Source: an uncultured Actinomycetota bacterium (GTDB taxonomy: Bacteria > Actinomycetota > UBA4738 > HRBIN12). From it: DNA of 64,000 nucleotides. Every line of letters begins with the position of its first letter. Positions within the stretch are counted from its first letter, which is position 1. Position numbers and translations under genes: made by a program. The stretch covers positions 195,866-259,865 of the forward strand of contig CAWAPY010000019.1 of the NCBI GenBank assembly GCA_963784055.1, written 5' to 3'. The notes below the pieces were generated by a model. The model saw only the letters and a program-made list of their open reading frames with translations, was not told where the DNA came from and did not search any database. This document shows, piece after piece, positions 35,568-46,135 of the stretch.

Positions 35568-36503
35568 CGGGAGATCTCGCCCGCGTCGCCGGTCGCCATC
35601 GGTCGCCCGCCCGTCCCGGGCCCGGGCCGATCGCGGACGAGCTCGTCCGTCGCCTCGAGATCGCGCTGACCCGTCGCGCGGGTGGCCGGCTGACCGGCGA
35701 CCATCGCGGCCGCGGCCTTGGCGAGGGGCTCGACCTCGATCGCCTCCGGCCCTATGAGCCCGGCGACGACGTCCGCCGCATCGACTGGAACGCCACGGCC
35801 CGCAGCTTCATCCCGCAGGTCCGCGAGGACGTGCCGGACCGCCAGCTGACCGCGTGGATCGTGCTCGACCAGTCGGCGTCGATGCACTTCGGGACGGCCG
35901 ACCGGCGCAAGGCCGATGTGGCCGAGGGCGCGGCCCTCGTCGTGGGTCGATTCGTCGCCCGCCGCTCGGACCGGCTCGGCGTGGTCACGTTCGGGACGGC
36001 CAGCGATCGCGTCGCGCCACCGGCCGGCGGACGCAACGGGATGCTCGGCCTGCTGCGGGTCCTCGCGACCGATGCACCCGAGGAAGGTGCCGGCACGACG
36101 ACGCTGGCACGCGCCCTGCACACGGTCGCCGCGTCGCGCACGAGCACGGGTCTCGTGACGATCGTGTCCGACTTCCGCGGGCCGCTCGACTGGCGCCCGG
36201 CCCTGACCGAGGTCGCGGGCCGCCACACGGTCCTCGCGATCGAGATCGGCGACCCGCGCGAGACCGAGCTCGTCGACGTCGGGGAGCTGACGCTCGATCG
36301 ACCCCGAGACCGGACGCACGCTCCGCGTCGACACCGCCGACCGACGACTCCGAGCGATGTTCGGCGAGGCCGCCACCGCCGAGCGCACGGCCGTCGCCGC
36401 GGAGTTCTCGCGGCTCGGCATCCGTCATCTCCGCCTTTCGACCCAGGGCGCGTGGCTGCCCGCCTTCGCCCGCGCCATCGACACCACAGGACGACCGACA
36501 TGA
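35564..36503 (+). pseudogene. DUF58 domain protein, one frame change near 36295
   Basis: The GTG overlaps the moxR stop. LRPYEPGDDVRRIDWNATAR...WIVLDQSASMHFG...VSDF. The C-terminus (DPETGRTLRVDTADRRLRAMF...) is in the next frame, and its stop overlaps the next ATG. Confidence 0.85.
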
Positions 36504-37587
36504 CCTTCCTCGCGCCACTCCTGCTCATCGGCCTGCTGCTGGTCCCGATCCTGCTGGGCCTGTACGCCTGGGCCCAACGCCGCCGATCGCGCTACGCGGT
36601 CCGGTTCACGAACCTGGACCTGCTCGCGAACCTCGCCCCGCGCCGGCCCGCGTGGCGGCGCCACGTGCCGCCCGCGATCTACCTCGCGGCTGTCGTGGCG
36701 CTCGTCATCGGCCTCGCCCGCCCGAGCATGGTCGTCGCCGTTCCACGTGAGGACGCCACGGTCCTGCTGGCGATCGACGTCTCGGGCTCCATGAAGGCGA
36801 CCGATGTCGCCCCGACGCGGCTCGACGCTGCACGTGAAGCCGCCCAGTCATTCATCGACCAGCTGCCCGAGGGCATCCGCGTCGGGATCGTCGCGTTCGC
36901 ATCGCGCCCGGTCACGCTCGTCGCTCCGACAGCCGACCGAGGCCAGCTGGACGCGGCACTCGACGGGCTGCGGGCACTCGACGGGACCGCCATGGGCGAC
37001 GCGCTGATGCAGGTCCTCGACATCGCCGAGACGATCCAGGCCGGCGACGCCGGGAGCGCCGGCGGGACGACCCCGGGTGGGGGCACGCGCATCGCCAGCC
37101 CCATCGACCGCACCCGCCCCATCGGCCGACCCCGTCACCCTCTGCCGCGCCGGACAGCCCGGTCGACACGCCGAGCGGCGAGCCGTTGGTGGCCGCGATC
37201 CTCCTGTCCGACGGCGCCAACTCCGTCGGTGTCGCGGAACCGCTCGACGCGGCCGAGCGCGCGGCAAGCATCGGCGTCCCGATCTACACGATCGCCCTCG
37301 GTACCCCGGCCGGCCAGGTCCAGGTCCGGGACGATCTCGGCCAGATCGTCACGCTGGACGTGCCGCCGGACACCGAGACGCTCGCCCAGATCGCGGAGAT
37401 CACGAGTGCGACGGCGTTCGATGCGCCGACCGCGAGCGACCTGTCCGCCGTGTACGACAACCTCCAATCGCGCATCGGCTACACGCAGGAGGAGCAGGAG
37501 GTCACGTCGTGGTTCGCCGCGGCCGCCCTCGCGCTCGTCGTCGTCGCGGCCGGGCTGTCCGCCGTGTGGTTCGGGCGGTTGCCCTGA
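36500..37587 (+). pseudogene. VWA domain protein (BatA-like), frame change(s) around 37080-37190
   Basis: N-terminal TM helices, MIDAS LAIDVSGSM, TAMGDAL. The C-terminal part (AAILLSDGANS...PIYTIALG...) and the final TM helix are in frame 37186..37587. Confidence 0.85.
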
Positions 37588-37615
37588 CGTCAGGCGCAAC
37601 CATCAGACTGGGCCG

Positions 37616-38266
37616 GTGACCCCCGCCGAGCGCCAGGCCTTCATCGTCGCCAACACGATCGCGGCACCTGCCCCGCTGGTGCCGGAGATCTCGCTGCGGA
37701 CCGGTGGCCTCTCGATGCCGCTGTGGGAGGCGGCTGCGCTGACGGACGCGCGCCCGGCGGTGCCACCGCCGTACTGGGCGTGGGCGTGGGCCGGCGGGCA
37801 GGCACTCGCGCGTCACGTGCTTGACCACCCGGAGCTGGTCCGTGGACGGCGCGTCGCTGACATCGGCTGTGGCGGCGGGATCGTCGCCATCGCGGCGGCC
37901 ATGGCTGGGGCCTCGAGCGTCAGCGCCATCGACCTCGAGGTCTTCGCCATCGAGGCCAGCCGGCTCAACGCGAGCGCCAACGGCGTGACCCTGGAGCTCG
38001 AGGAGGCCGATCCGATCGGGACGGACGCCGGTTGGGACGTCGTGCTCGTCGGCGACCTCTGGTACGAGCCCGAGCTCGCCGCGCGCATGGCGCCGTGGCT
38101 GCGCGAACTGGCGGCGCGCGGCGCGGACATCCTGACCGGCGATCCCGGCCGGGCGCACCTGCCGGTCGACGGCCTCGACGAGCTGGCCCGCTACGAGGTG
38201 CCGACGACCGAGGACCTGGAGGACGTCACGACCAAGACGGTGCGGGTGCTCCGGCTGACGCCCTGA
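37616..38266 (+). CDS. Class I SAM-dependent methyltransferase (PrmA/NNMT-like)
   Basis: GTG start. RVADIGCGGGIVAIAAAMAGA (motif I), DVVLVGDLWYE. Confidence 0.75.
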   Translation: MTPAERQAFIVANTIAAPAPLVPEISLRTGGLSMPLWEAAALTDARPAVPPPYWAWAWAGGQALARHVLDHPELVRGRRVADIGCGGGIVAIAAAMAGASSVSAIDLEVFAIEASRLNASANGVTLELEEADPIGTDAGWDVVLVGDLWYEPELAARMAPWLRELAARGADILTGDPGRAHLPVDGLDELARYEVPTTEDLEDVTTKTVRVLRLTP

Positions 38267-38295
38267 GCGCACACGGGCCGGGCTGGCGGGCGGCT

Positions 38296-38835
38296 TCACG
38301 CTGGGGCGGGCAGATCCTCGAACACGTAGATCAGGCGCCGGCGGTGGCCGCCCGTCCCCTGGACGACCCGGGTCGGGACGATCGGTGCGAACCACGACAG
38401 CACGCGCTCGTTCGAGATCTGGTGGTGGCAGTTGCGCGGATCCTCCATCACCCAATCGATCGGCAGCGAGAGGATCGCGTGGCGGGCGATCCGGCGGACT
38501 TCGAGGAAAGCCTCGCGCTGCCGATCCGTCAGGTGCTCGAAGACCTGGAGCGCCATGAACAGGTCGTAGGCCTTGTCGTCGACCGGCCAGGGGACCTGGG
38601 TCGCGTCGAAGACCCGGATCGAAACGCTCGGATCGAGCTCGGGGCGGGCCTTCTTGTCCATGACGTCGGCCCCGACGATGATCGGCAGGACCGGGGCGCC
38701 CAGCTCGAGCGCCGTCTGAAGGCCGTGGCGCCCGATCAGGATCGTCGCCTGCGCGAGTGCCGCCGACATGTAGCCCCAGCGGTTCTTGTAGTACGGAAAC
38801 CTGGCGACCATCGCATCGAACTCGGGCTTGGTCAT
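38296..38835 (-). CDS. Methyltransferase-fold-like hypothetical protein with a degenerate motif I
   Basis: Intact 179 aa: ALELGAPVLPIIVGADV (no GxGxG), DLFMALQVFEHLTDRQREAFLEVRRI. Confidence 0.5.
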   Translation of the reverse strand: MTKPEFDAMVARFPYYKNRWGYMSAALAQATILIGRHGLQTALELGAPVLPIIVGADVMDKKARPELDPSVSIRVFDATQVPWPVDDKAYDLFMALQVFEHLTDRQREAFLEVRRIARHAILSLPIDWVMEDPRNCHHQISNERVLSWFAPIVPTRVVQGTGGHRRRLIYVFEDLPAPA

Positions 38836-39081
38836 CGCCCGGATCCCGCCCGATGGTCCCGGCGCGATCGCGCCGCGTCGTCGATATCCGGGCTCGGGCG
38901 CCTGCGGCCGCCGCCGACGCGGCCGCGAAGACGGCGCGCAAGAAGCGCCAGATCGGCACGAGGATGGGTCGTAGCGGCCGGAGGAGGCGTTTGAGGCCGC
39001 GGAGGATGGGGGTCTCCCTTGGCGTGCGGACGGGCACGGCCAAGCCTACCCTCGCCGCTGGGATGCGGCCAACCGCGCGCG

Positions 39082-40395
39082 TCAGGAAGGGCGCGGGACC
39101 GACGGTCTCCGGCCGTGCCGCCGCCTCGCCTTCCTGTTCGACATCCCGGAGTCCGACTCTCGAGAAACGCGCGCTCTGGGCGGTTCGATGTGAGCTCCAG
39201 GGCGTGCCGGTACGCCGACGGCGGCCTCGGAACCACGCCCAAGCCGTCGCAGCAGGTCGGCGCGCGCCGCATGCAGGTACGGGTAGCTCGCGAGCGCACC
39301 CTCGTCGGCGAGCCCGTCCATCATCGCCAGGCCGACCGCCGGACCGTCCGCAAACGCGACGGCCACGGCGTGGTTGAGGCGGACCACCGGCGTTGGATCG
39401 AGCTCGACGAGGGCTTGATACAGCGTGGCGATCTGGGCCCAGTCCGTGGCGGCGGCATCGGCGGCCTCGTCGTGGAGGGCCGCGATGGCGGCCTGCAACT
39501 GGTACGGCCCGACCCGACGGGTCGGCAGGACCGCCTGGACGAGCGTCCTGCCCTCGGCGATCGCGGCCTGGTCCCAGCGGGACCGGTCCTGGTCCTCGAG
39601 CAGGACGATGCTTCCGTCAGGGCCGACCCGCGCGTCCCGCCGTGCGTCGTGGAGCAGCATGAGTGCCAGCAACCCGGCGGCCTCCGGCTCGTCGGGGAGC
39701 AGCGAGACCACGGTCCGTGCCAGCCGGATCGCCTCGGCACTCAGCTCGCGCCGGATCAGGGCATCGCCAGACGACGCCGCGTAGCCCTCGTTGTAGACGA
39801 GGTACAGGACCTTGAGGACGCCGTCGAGGCGCTCGGGGAGCAGATCGAGCGGCGGCACGCGGTACGGGATGCCGGCATCGTGGATCTTGCGCTTGGCCCG
39901 GACGAGCCGCTGGGCGAGCGTCGCCTCCGGGACGAGGAAGGCCCGGGCGATCTCCGGTGTCGTGAGGCCGCCGAGCGTCCGGAGCGTCAGCGCGATGCGA
40001 CCGTCCATCGGCAAGGCCGGATGGCAGCAGGTGAAGATCAGCCGCAGTCGGTCGTCCATGTCGTCGTCCGCCGTCTCAGCGCCGCCACCGCCGGGCTCGA
40101 TCGCGGCAAGGTCCGCTTCGATGGCGGTCTCGCGCGCGAGCTCGTCCGTCTTGTCCCGGAGCCGTCTGCGGCGGCGCAATCGATCGATCGCCCGGTTGCG
40201 CGCGGTCGTCGTGATCCAGGCGCCCGGGTTGTCCGGTATGCCGCGGGACGGCCACACCTCGAGCGCCGTGACGAACGCCTCCTGGACGGCTTCCTCGGCG
40301 AGATCGAAGTCGCCGAGGACGCGAATGAGCGTCGCGACCGCGCGGCCCGATTCCTCGCGGAACAGGCGGTCGACGACCTCGCTGGTGGCGGCAGT
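39082..40395 (-). pseudogene. ECF-like sigma factor with a large C-terminal domain (SigJ/DUF6596-type), frame changes near 39225 and at the 5' end
   Basis: RLFREESGRAVATLIRVLGDFDLAEEAVQEAF...NPGAWITTTARNRAIDRLRR...LTLRTLGGLTTPEIARAFLVPEATLAQRLVRAKRKI...LVYNEGY. Both the start and the stop are uncertain. Confidence 0.8.
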
Positions 40396-40400
40396 CGGCG

Positions 40401-40790
40401 TCAGTCGGCGACCACCGCTTCGGCGGGTGCCTGCGACGACGCGTTGGTGAAGTCCCAGACCGGACGGACCTCGACGGAGCCGTACTTCGCGCCCGGGATC
40501 ATCGCGGCGTAGCCGATCGCTTCGTCGAGATCGGCCGCCTCCACGAGGTAGAACCCGCCGAGGACCTCCTTGGTCTCGGCGAACGGGCCGTCCGTGGAGA
40601 TCGTCTTGCCGTCGCGGACACGGACGGTCGTCGCCGTCGCGGTCGGCGCGAGCGCTTCGCCGGCCTTCATCGCGCCGCGATCGGTGATGTGCTGACCGAA
40701 CGCGTTGTAGGCCTCCATCTGGGCCATGGCCTCATCCTGCGGCGGGGCTTCCGCTGGTTCCTCGGTATAGATCAACAGGGCGTACTGCAT
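40401..40790 (-). CDS. YciI family protein
   Basis: MQYALLIYTEEPAE...DGPFAETKEVLGGFYLVEAADLDEAI. GGAGGA upstream. The usual partner of this sigma type. Confidence 0.85.
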   Translation of the reverse strand: MQYALLIYTEEPAEAPPQDEAMAQMEAYNAFGQHITDRGAMKAGEALAPTATATTVRVRDGKTISTDGPFAETKEVLGGFYLVEAADLDEAIGYAAMIPGAKYGSVEVRPVWDFTNASSQAPAEAVVAD

Positions 40791-40944
40791 CGTGTCCTCC
40801 AGCGGTGGCTCTGGCGGTGTCATGTCGCCGCCTTCACCAGCACGACGAACGGCCGCGGTCGAAATCGACGGTGTCTCTCGTCCAATCTACCCCGCGCCGT
40901 CACCTCGCACCGCTGGCCGGTGGTCGCGGCGTACGCTTTCGCGC

Positions 40945-42413
40945 ATGGCGACGCCGAAGGAGATCCTCGAGATCGGTGGGCGCGAGGTCTCGATCTCCAA
41001 CCCGCAGAAGGTCTACTTCCCGGATGCGGGATACACGAAGCTCGACCTCGTCCACTACTACCTGGCGGTCGCGGACGGGGCGCTGACGGGCATCCGCGGC
41101 CGGCCGATGGCGCTCAAGCGCTTCGTGGACGGCATCACGAAGGAACCGTTCTTCCAGAAGCGAGCCCCGGACAACACCCCCGACTGGATCCGCACGGCAG
41201 AGCTGACCTTCCCCTCGGGCCGAACGGCCGATGAGATCGTGGTCGACGACGCCGCGGCGCTGGCCTGGATCGTCAACCTCGGCTGCATCGACCTGAACCC
41301 GCATCCGGTGCGCGCCGACGACCTTGACCACCCCGACGAGCTGCGGGTGGACCTGGACCCGGTCCCGGGAGTCGAATGGCCGCAGATCCGCGAGGTCGCC
41401 CTGGCATGCCGGGAGGCGCTGGAGGCCGTGGGCCTGGTCGGGTGGCCCAAGACCTCCGGTTCGCGCGGGATCCACATCAACGTCCGGATCGCCCGCGACT
41501 GGACCTACCCGGAGGTCCGCCGCGCCGCGCTGGCGCTCGCCCGGGACGTGGAGCGTCGCGTGCCGGATGCCGCGACCTCGAAATGGTGGAAAGAGGAACG
41601 TCACGGCGTGTTCCTGGACTACAACCAGAACGCCAAGGACCGCACGGTCGCGTCGGCCTACTCCGTCCGGCCGCTGCCCGACGCCCGGGTCTCGACGCCG
41701 CTGACCTGGGACGAAGTGCCCGACCGTCGAGGCCGAGGCGTTCACGATCGCGACCGTGCCGGCACGGTTCGCCGAGATCGGTGACCCGGGCGCCGGCATC
41801 GACGATGCCGTCGGGTCGCTCGACGCGCTCCTGGAGCTGTCCCGCAAGCACGAGGCCGAAGGTGAGGGTGACGCCCCGTGGCCCCCGAACTACGCGAAGC
41901 AGGCCGGCGAACCGCCACGGGTCCAGCCGTCACGGAAGCGCCGGCCGGACTCGGAATACGAGCAGGGCCGGGGCGAGTCCGGCGGTCCCCCGCCGGAGGT
42001 TGCCGCGGAACGGGCTGCCGCCGTCGCGGCGGGCGACCCGAACGCCGGCCTCCCGACCGAGTGGGAAGGGTCACGCCCGACGCCGACGGGCCGGCGCAAG
42101 ACCAACATCCCGGTCATCGAGATCTCGCGTGCCGCGTCCAAGGCGGAGGCGCTCGAAGGGCTGGAGCGCTGGAAGGCGCGTCATCCGAAGGCCGCCGACG
42201 CCCTGGAGCCCGCCGACGTGCTCGTCGATGGCATGCGCGGGCGCTCGTCGCTCTGGTACCGGGTCCGGGTCAACCTCACCCATGTCCCGGAGGAGCGAGC
42301 GACCTGCGCAGGAGGCGCTCGACCCGGACTACGACCCCTGGGCGGGCTTCGAGTGGCCCGACCGGGCCGGCCAACTGGAACGTGCCCCACGGAAGAAGAA
42401 GGCGACCGAGTGA
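40945..42413 (+). pseudogene. NHEJ polymerase/primase domain protein (LigD PolDom) with a C-terminal extension, two frame changes (~41720, ~42290)
   Basis: ISNPQKVYFPDAGYTKLDLVHYY...RFVDGI...FFQK...KTSGSRGIHINV...FLDYNQNAKDRTVASAYSVRP, then ~170 extra residues ending ...WYRVRVNLTHVPEE...KKKATE. Confidence 0.85.
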
Positions 42414-42856
42414 CGCCCGGGCCCAACGGCGGATACTGGCTAACGGGCACGCGTCTGATCCGCATCGCGCTCGCGCTCCCGCTGATCATCGGACTCTTGC
42501 TCGGCACCTCGATCGCGTCGGTGGCTGCGAGGTCAACTGCGACTGGCCTTGATGCCGGCAACCGGGGATGGTTCTTCCTCATGGTTCCGCCGATACAGCT
42601 GGTCACTTCAGTCGGCGCGACCGCCTACCTCGCATACCTGTACTTCGGACTCGCGGCATTGCCCCCGAAGGCGGGCAGGAGCGCTTTGGCGGTGTGCTCC
42701 GTAATGACACGTCCCCGGACGCTTGACGGCCTGGGTCGTTCGGCGGAGGCCATTACGGCGCTTGGCCTTGCGGTCGGTGGCACCGTTGCGGTCATCCTTG
42801 CCGTGCCCGTGCAAGTGATGCTTACTACGTGGCTGATCACGCGGCCCGATCTCTGA
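42410..42856 (+). CDS. Hypothetical membrane protein in a less GC-rich patch
   Basis: The GTG overlaps the upstream stop. Four hydrophobic segments. Unusually many A/T-ending codons for this window. Confidence 0.45.
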   Translation: MTPGPNGGYWLTGTRLIRIALALPLIIGLLLGTSIASVAARSTATGLDAGNRGWFFLMVPPIQLVTSVGATAYLAYLYFGLAALPPKAGRSALAVCSVMTRPRTLDGLGRSAEAITALGLAVGGTVAVILAVPVQVMLTTWLITRPDL

Positions 42857-43045
42857 TTCGGACGTGGAACGGGTCATCGTCGGGGTCGAAACCGCGGCTC
42901 TAACGATGTGGCTCGCCTACCTCGGCGCGCGGCCTCTGGCGGACTCGTCATGCCGTATCTCGTCACACCTTGTCGCGAGATTGAAGCCGGACTAGGCCGC
43001 ATGGGCGGTGACCTGACCGGATCCGCGCCCGCCGGGCTTTCGGCG

Positions 43046-43258
43046 TTACGTGGACTGCTGGCGACGGCGAACCCCGAAGCCGCCCAGCCAGCGCCGGATG
43101 AACGGCAGCCACGCCACCCCGACGATCGCCTGGAGCCCGACCGCGACCATCAGGAGCAGTCGGGACGCCCAGGCGACGCCGACGGCCTCGATCGCGCCGA
43201 AGCCGTGAACGAGCCATCGATGATGGCGTCGATGCCCGGTTGGTCGAGCGTGAGGCAC
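43046..43258 (-). CDS. Possible small two-TM membrane protein
   Basis: 70-aa ORF: ...FGAIEAVGVAWASRLLLMVAVGLQAIVGVAWLPFIRRWLGGF... Weak support; the start is uncertain. Confidence 0.3.
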   Translation of the reverse strand: MPHARPTGHRRHHRWLVHGFGAIEAVGVAWASRLLLMVAVGLQAIVGVAWLPFIRRWLGGFGVRRRQQST

Positions 43259-43339
43259 CGCGAGTCCATCGGTCCGGACCCGGTCGCGCCGAAGGTCCCG
43301 CCGGTCCGAGAGCCCAAACCGGGACGGATGGGTGTGCGG

Positions 43340-44457
43340 CCGCGCACCACCCGTCGCTCAGCGATCCGCCGAAGATCGCCTCGAGCAGATACGGCGTCGT
43401 CGTCTCGAGCTGGTCGTAGCGGCAGGCCGCCGGGGGCTTGTCCGGTCGCCAGCGCTTGAACGTCGTCCCGTGGCGGAAGCGGGTGCCCTGGAGATGGTCG
43501 TAGGCGACCTCGGCGACGCGCTCCGCCCGGAGCGGCTCCCACGACAGGTCCTTGCCACGGTTCCAGCGTGACGTGGCGCCGGGCAGGCGCTGGCCGGAGG
43601 CATCGGTGTCGCCGGTCGTCGCCCATTCGGCCCACTCGCGCCACGGGTGTCCCTCGAGGGCGCTGCTCGCGCAACGGCGCGAGCTCCTCGGCGAGCGCCG
43701 CTCGCTTGTCCCAGGTGAACGACGAGGTGACCCCCACGTGATGGAGCACGCCCTCGTCGTCGAACAGACCGAGCAGCAGCGACCCGACGTGCGTGCCCGG
43801 ACCGTTCTTGTGCCAGCGGAACCCCGCGACGACGCAGTCGGCGGTGCGCTGGTGCTTGATCTTGAGCATCGCTCGCTTGCCCGGCTGGTAGGGGGCATCG
43901 AGCCGCTTCGCGATCACGCCGTCGAGCCCGGCCCCTTCGAACCGGTCGAACCAGTCGGCGGCGGTCGCGCGATCCTGCGTCGCCGGCGTCAGGTGCACGG
44001 GCGGCTCGACGCCACCGAGCACGGCCTCGAGGCGGGCCCGACGCTCGCCCTGCGGCGTCTCGCGCAGGTCCTCGTCACCGAGCGCCAGCAGGTCCCAGGC
44101 CACGAACGATGCCGGCGACTCAGCGGCGAGCATCTTCACGCGCGATGCGGCGGGATGGATGCGCAGCAGCAGCGCTTCGAAATCGAGTCCGCCGTCGGTC
44201 GCGATGACGACCTCGCCGTCGAGCACGCAACGCTCCGGCAGCGCCGCGCGCAGCGGGTCCGCCAGCTCCGGGAAGTAGCGATCGAGCGGTTTGAGGTCGC
44301 GCGACTGCGTGTAGACCTCGTCGCCGTCACGAAAGACGAGCGCCCGAAAGCCGTCCCACTTTGGCTCGAACAGCCAGCCGTCTCCGTCGGGCAGCGCGTC
44401 GGTCGCCTTGGCGAGCATCGGTTCGAGGGGCGGCTCGATGGGGAGCTGGAGGGCCAT
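43340..44457 (-). pseudogene. ATP-dependent DNA ligase (LigC/LigD ligase-domain type), frame change near 43690
   Basis: Motif I FEPKWDGFR, then VLDGEVV, GLDGVIAK, LKIKHQRT. OB-domain part ...HPWREWAEW...RWNRGKDLSWEPLRAERVAEVAYDHLQGTRFRHGTTFKRWRPDK is in frame 42963..43898. The 3' end is approximate. Confidence 0.85.
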
Positions 44458-44479
44458 CGCGGGAGTGTAGGTCAGCCGC

Positions 44480-45979
44480 TCACGGTAGTGTCGCGAGTGC
44501 CGCCTTGGCCCGCTCGCGACCGAGGTTCCAGGCGAACGGTGACGCGTAGGCGGCTTCCCTGGAGAGCTCGAAGCGGCGCTCGTACAGGAGCCGCAGGATT
44601 CGCTCGCGTTCCTGCGCCGGCAGGGTAGGCAGCGCGGCCACGAGGGCCGGGATGGCGTCGTCCGGCAGCACCCCGAGGTAGTCGGCGTCGAGGGATGCCT
44701 CGCCGTCGGGCGGCACTAGGGTCGGGTCGATCACCCGGGCGAGATTGCGCTCGGCGACGAACGCCGCCGGCGCGAGCAGGTTGAGGACGATGAGCGAGAC
44801 GAGCCCGATCGCCACCATCGCGTGTCCGAGCCAGCGCGTCCGATCCGAGGCGAGGAACGCCGCGAGGACGGCCAGCGTGACCGCCATCGCCGCGATCGAG
44901 ACGGCGACGTACAGGCGCAGCTCGGTCCAGCCGTAGGCGTCCTGGTAGAGCTGCAGCCGGAGCGCCGCCGACGCGAGGACGACGATCGTCAGGCCGACCA
45001 GGCCGATCGCGAGCGCGACGTACGGGCGGCTTCGGCGGGTCACCTGGTATTCGAGGCGCGACCAGGATGCCGCCCGCCAGCGCGGCGGCTGCGACGAGCT
45101 CGAAGTACCCGCGCCGCGCGTAGTCGCTGTACTTCATGCCGGCGGCGGCCAGCGTGTCGAGCCCACCGAACAGGTACGCGAGCTGCAGGCCGACGAAGAG
45201 TCCGACGATGAGATCGATCGCGACGAGGACGACGAGCGCCTCGGTCGTGCCGAGCAACCGCTCGGGGATCACGGACGCGGAATGGGCCGCGGCACCCAGC
45301 GACGCTCGTTCCAGCGCCGGAAGGCCGCGGGCCGCGACGGTCAGCAGGCCGCCGGCCAGCCAGGCGATCGCCAGCACGAAGATCACCCGGCCCGGCAGGT
45401 CGCCGAGATCGATGCGGAAGTGCATCACGTCCTGGAAACCGCGGTTGAAGATCGGATCGGCCGAGGCGAACAGGACCGCGAAGATCAGCACGAGCGGGAC
45501 CGCCAGGATGAGCCCTCGTCCCACAGGCCCGAACCAGGCCGGAGCGTGCCGGGGACCGTCCGTCGCGGCCGGTCGCCCGGCACGCAGCGCACGGCCGGCT
45601 CCGGCAACCACGGCCTCGAGCACCCAGGCGGCCGTGGCCATGACGACGCGTCGCGGATCGGCGCGTCACCGCGAGCCCGGAGAACGCCGCAACCGAGGCG
45701 CCCATGAACACCGCCGCACCCGCGATATCGAGGAACGTCACGAACGGATCTGCCCGTACCGCGACGAACGCGGCGAGGACCAGCGCCGAAACGGGGAGCC
45801 ACGCGTCGAGGGGATCCGGGGCGCGCCCGGGGCGGCGGAGGAGCCAGGCCGCGGCCAGCATGGCCGCCGTGAGGAGGGGCAGGTTGAGGCCGAAGGCCGG
45901 TCCGTCCAGCGCGATGTCGGCGAGGACGCCGATCGCGAGGGCGAGCGAGCAGGATGCGGCGGGCCAGGGAACGATCCAT
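44480..45979 (-). pseudogene. DUF4153/DUF4173-like polytopic membrane protein, at least 2 frame changes
   Basis: Three consecutive pieces in different frames: ...LALAIGVLADIALDGPAFGLNLPLLT..., ...LILAVPLVLIFAVLFASADPIF...AGMKYSDYARRGYFELV..., ...YVALAIGLVGLTIVVLA...LYERRFEL. The start is uncertain (45979-46104). Confidence 0.6.
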
Positions 45980-46135
45980 GGGTTCTCCTCGGGGGACGCG
46001 GTCGGGGCTGGGACGACTCCGGGCGTGTTCGTGTGGCGTCGGCGGGTCGGCCACCGGAACCGTGGCCGACCCGCGCGCGTCGGGCGGGATGCCGCGCGAT
46101 CCATCGGGTCGTGGGCACCACGGAGGTCCGTCAAC

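Noticed and set aside
34664-38266. 1200-aa ORF that could be read as one giant protein
   Set aside because: It is a chance concatenation. It is out of frame across moxR. It then runs in frame through DUF58, the first half of the VWA gene and the methyltransferase, only because stops are rare at this GC content and the intervening stops fall in overlaps or shifted frames.
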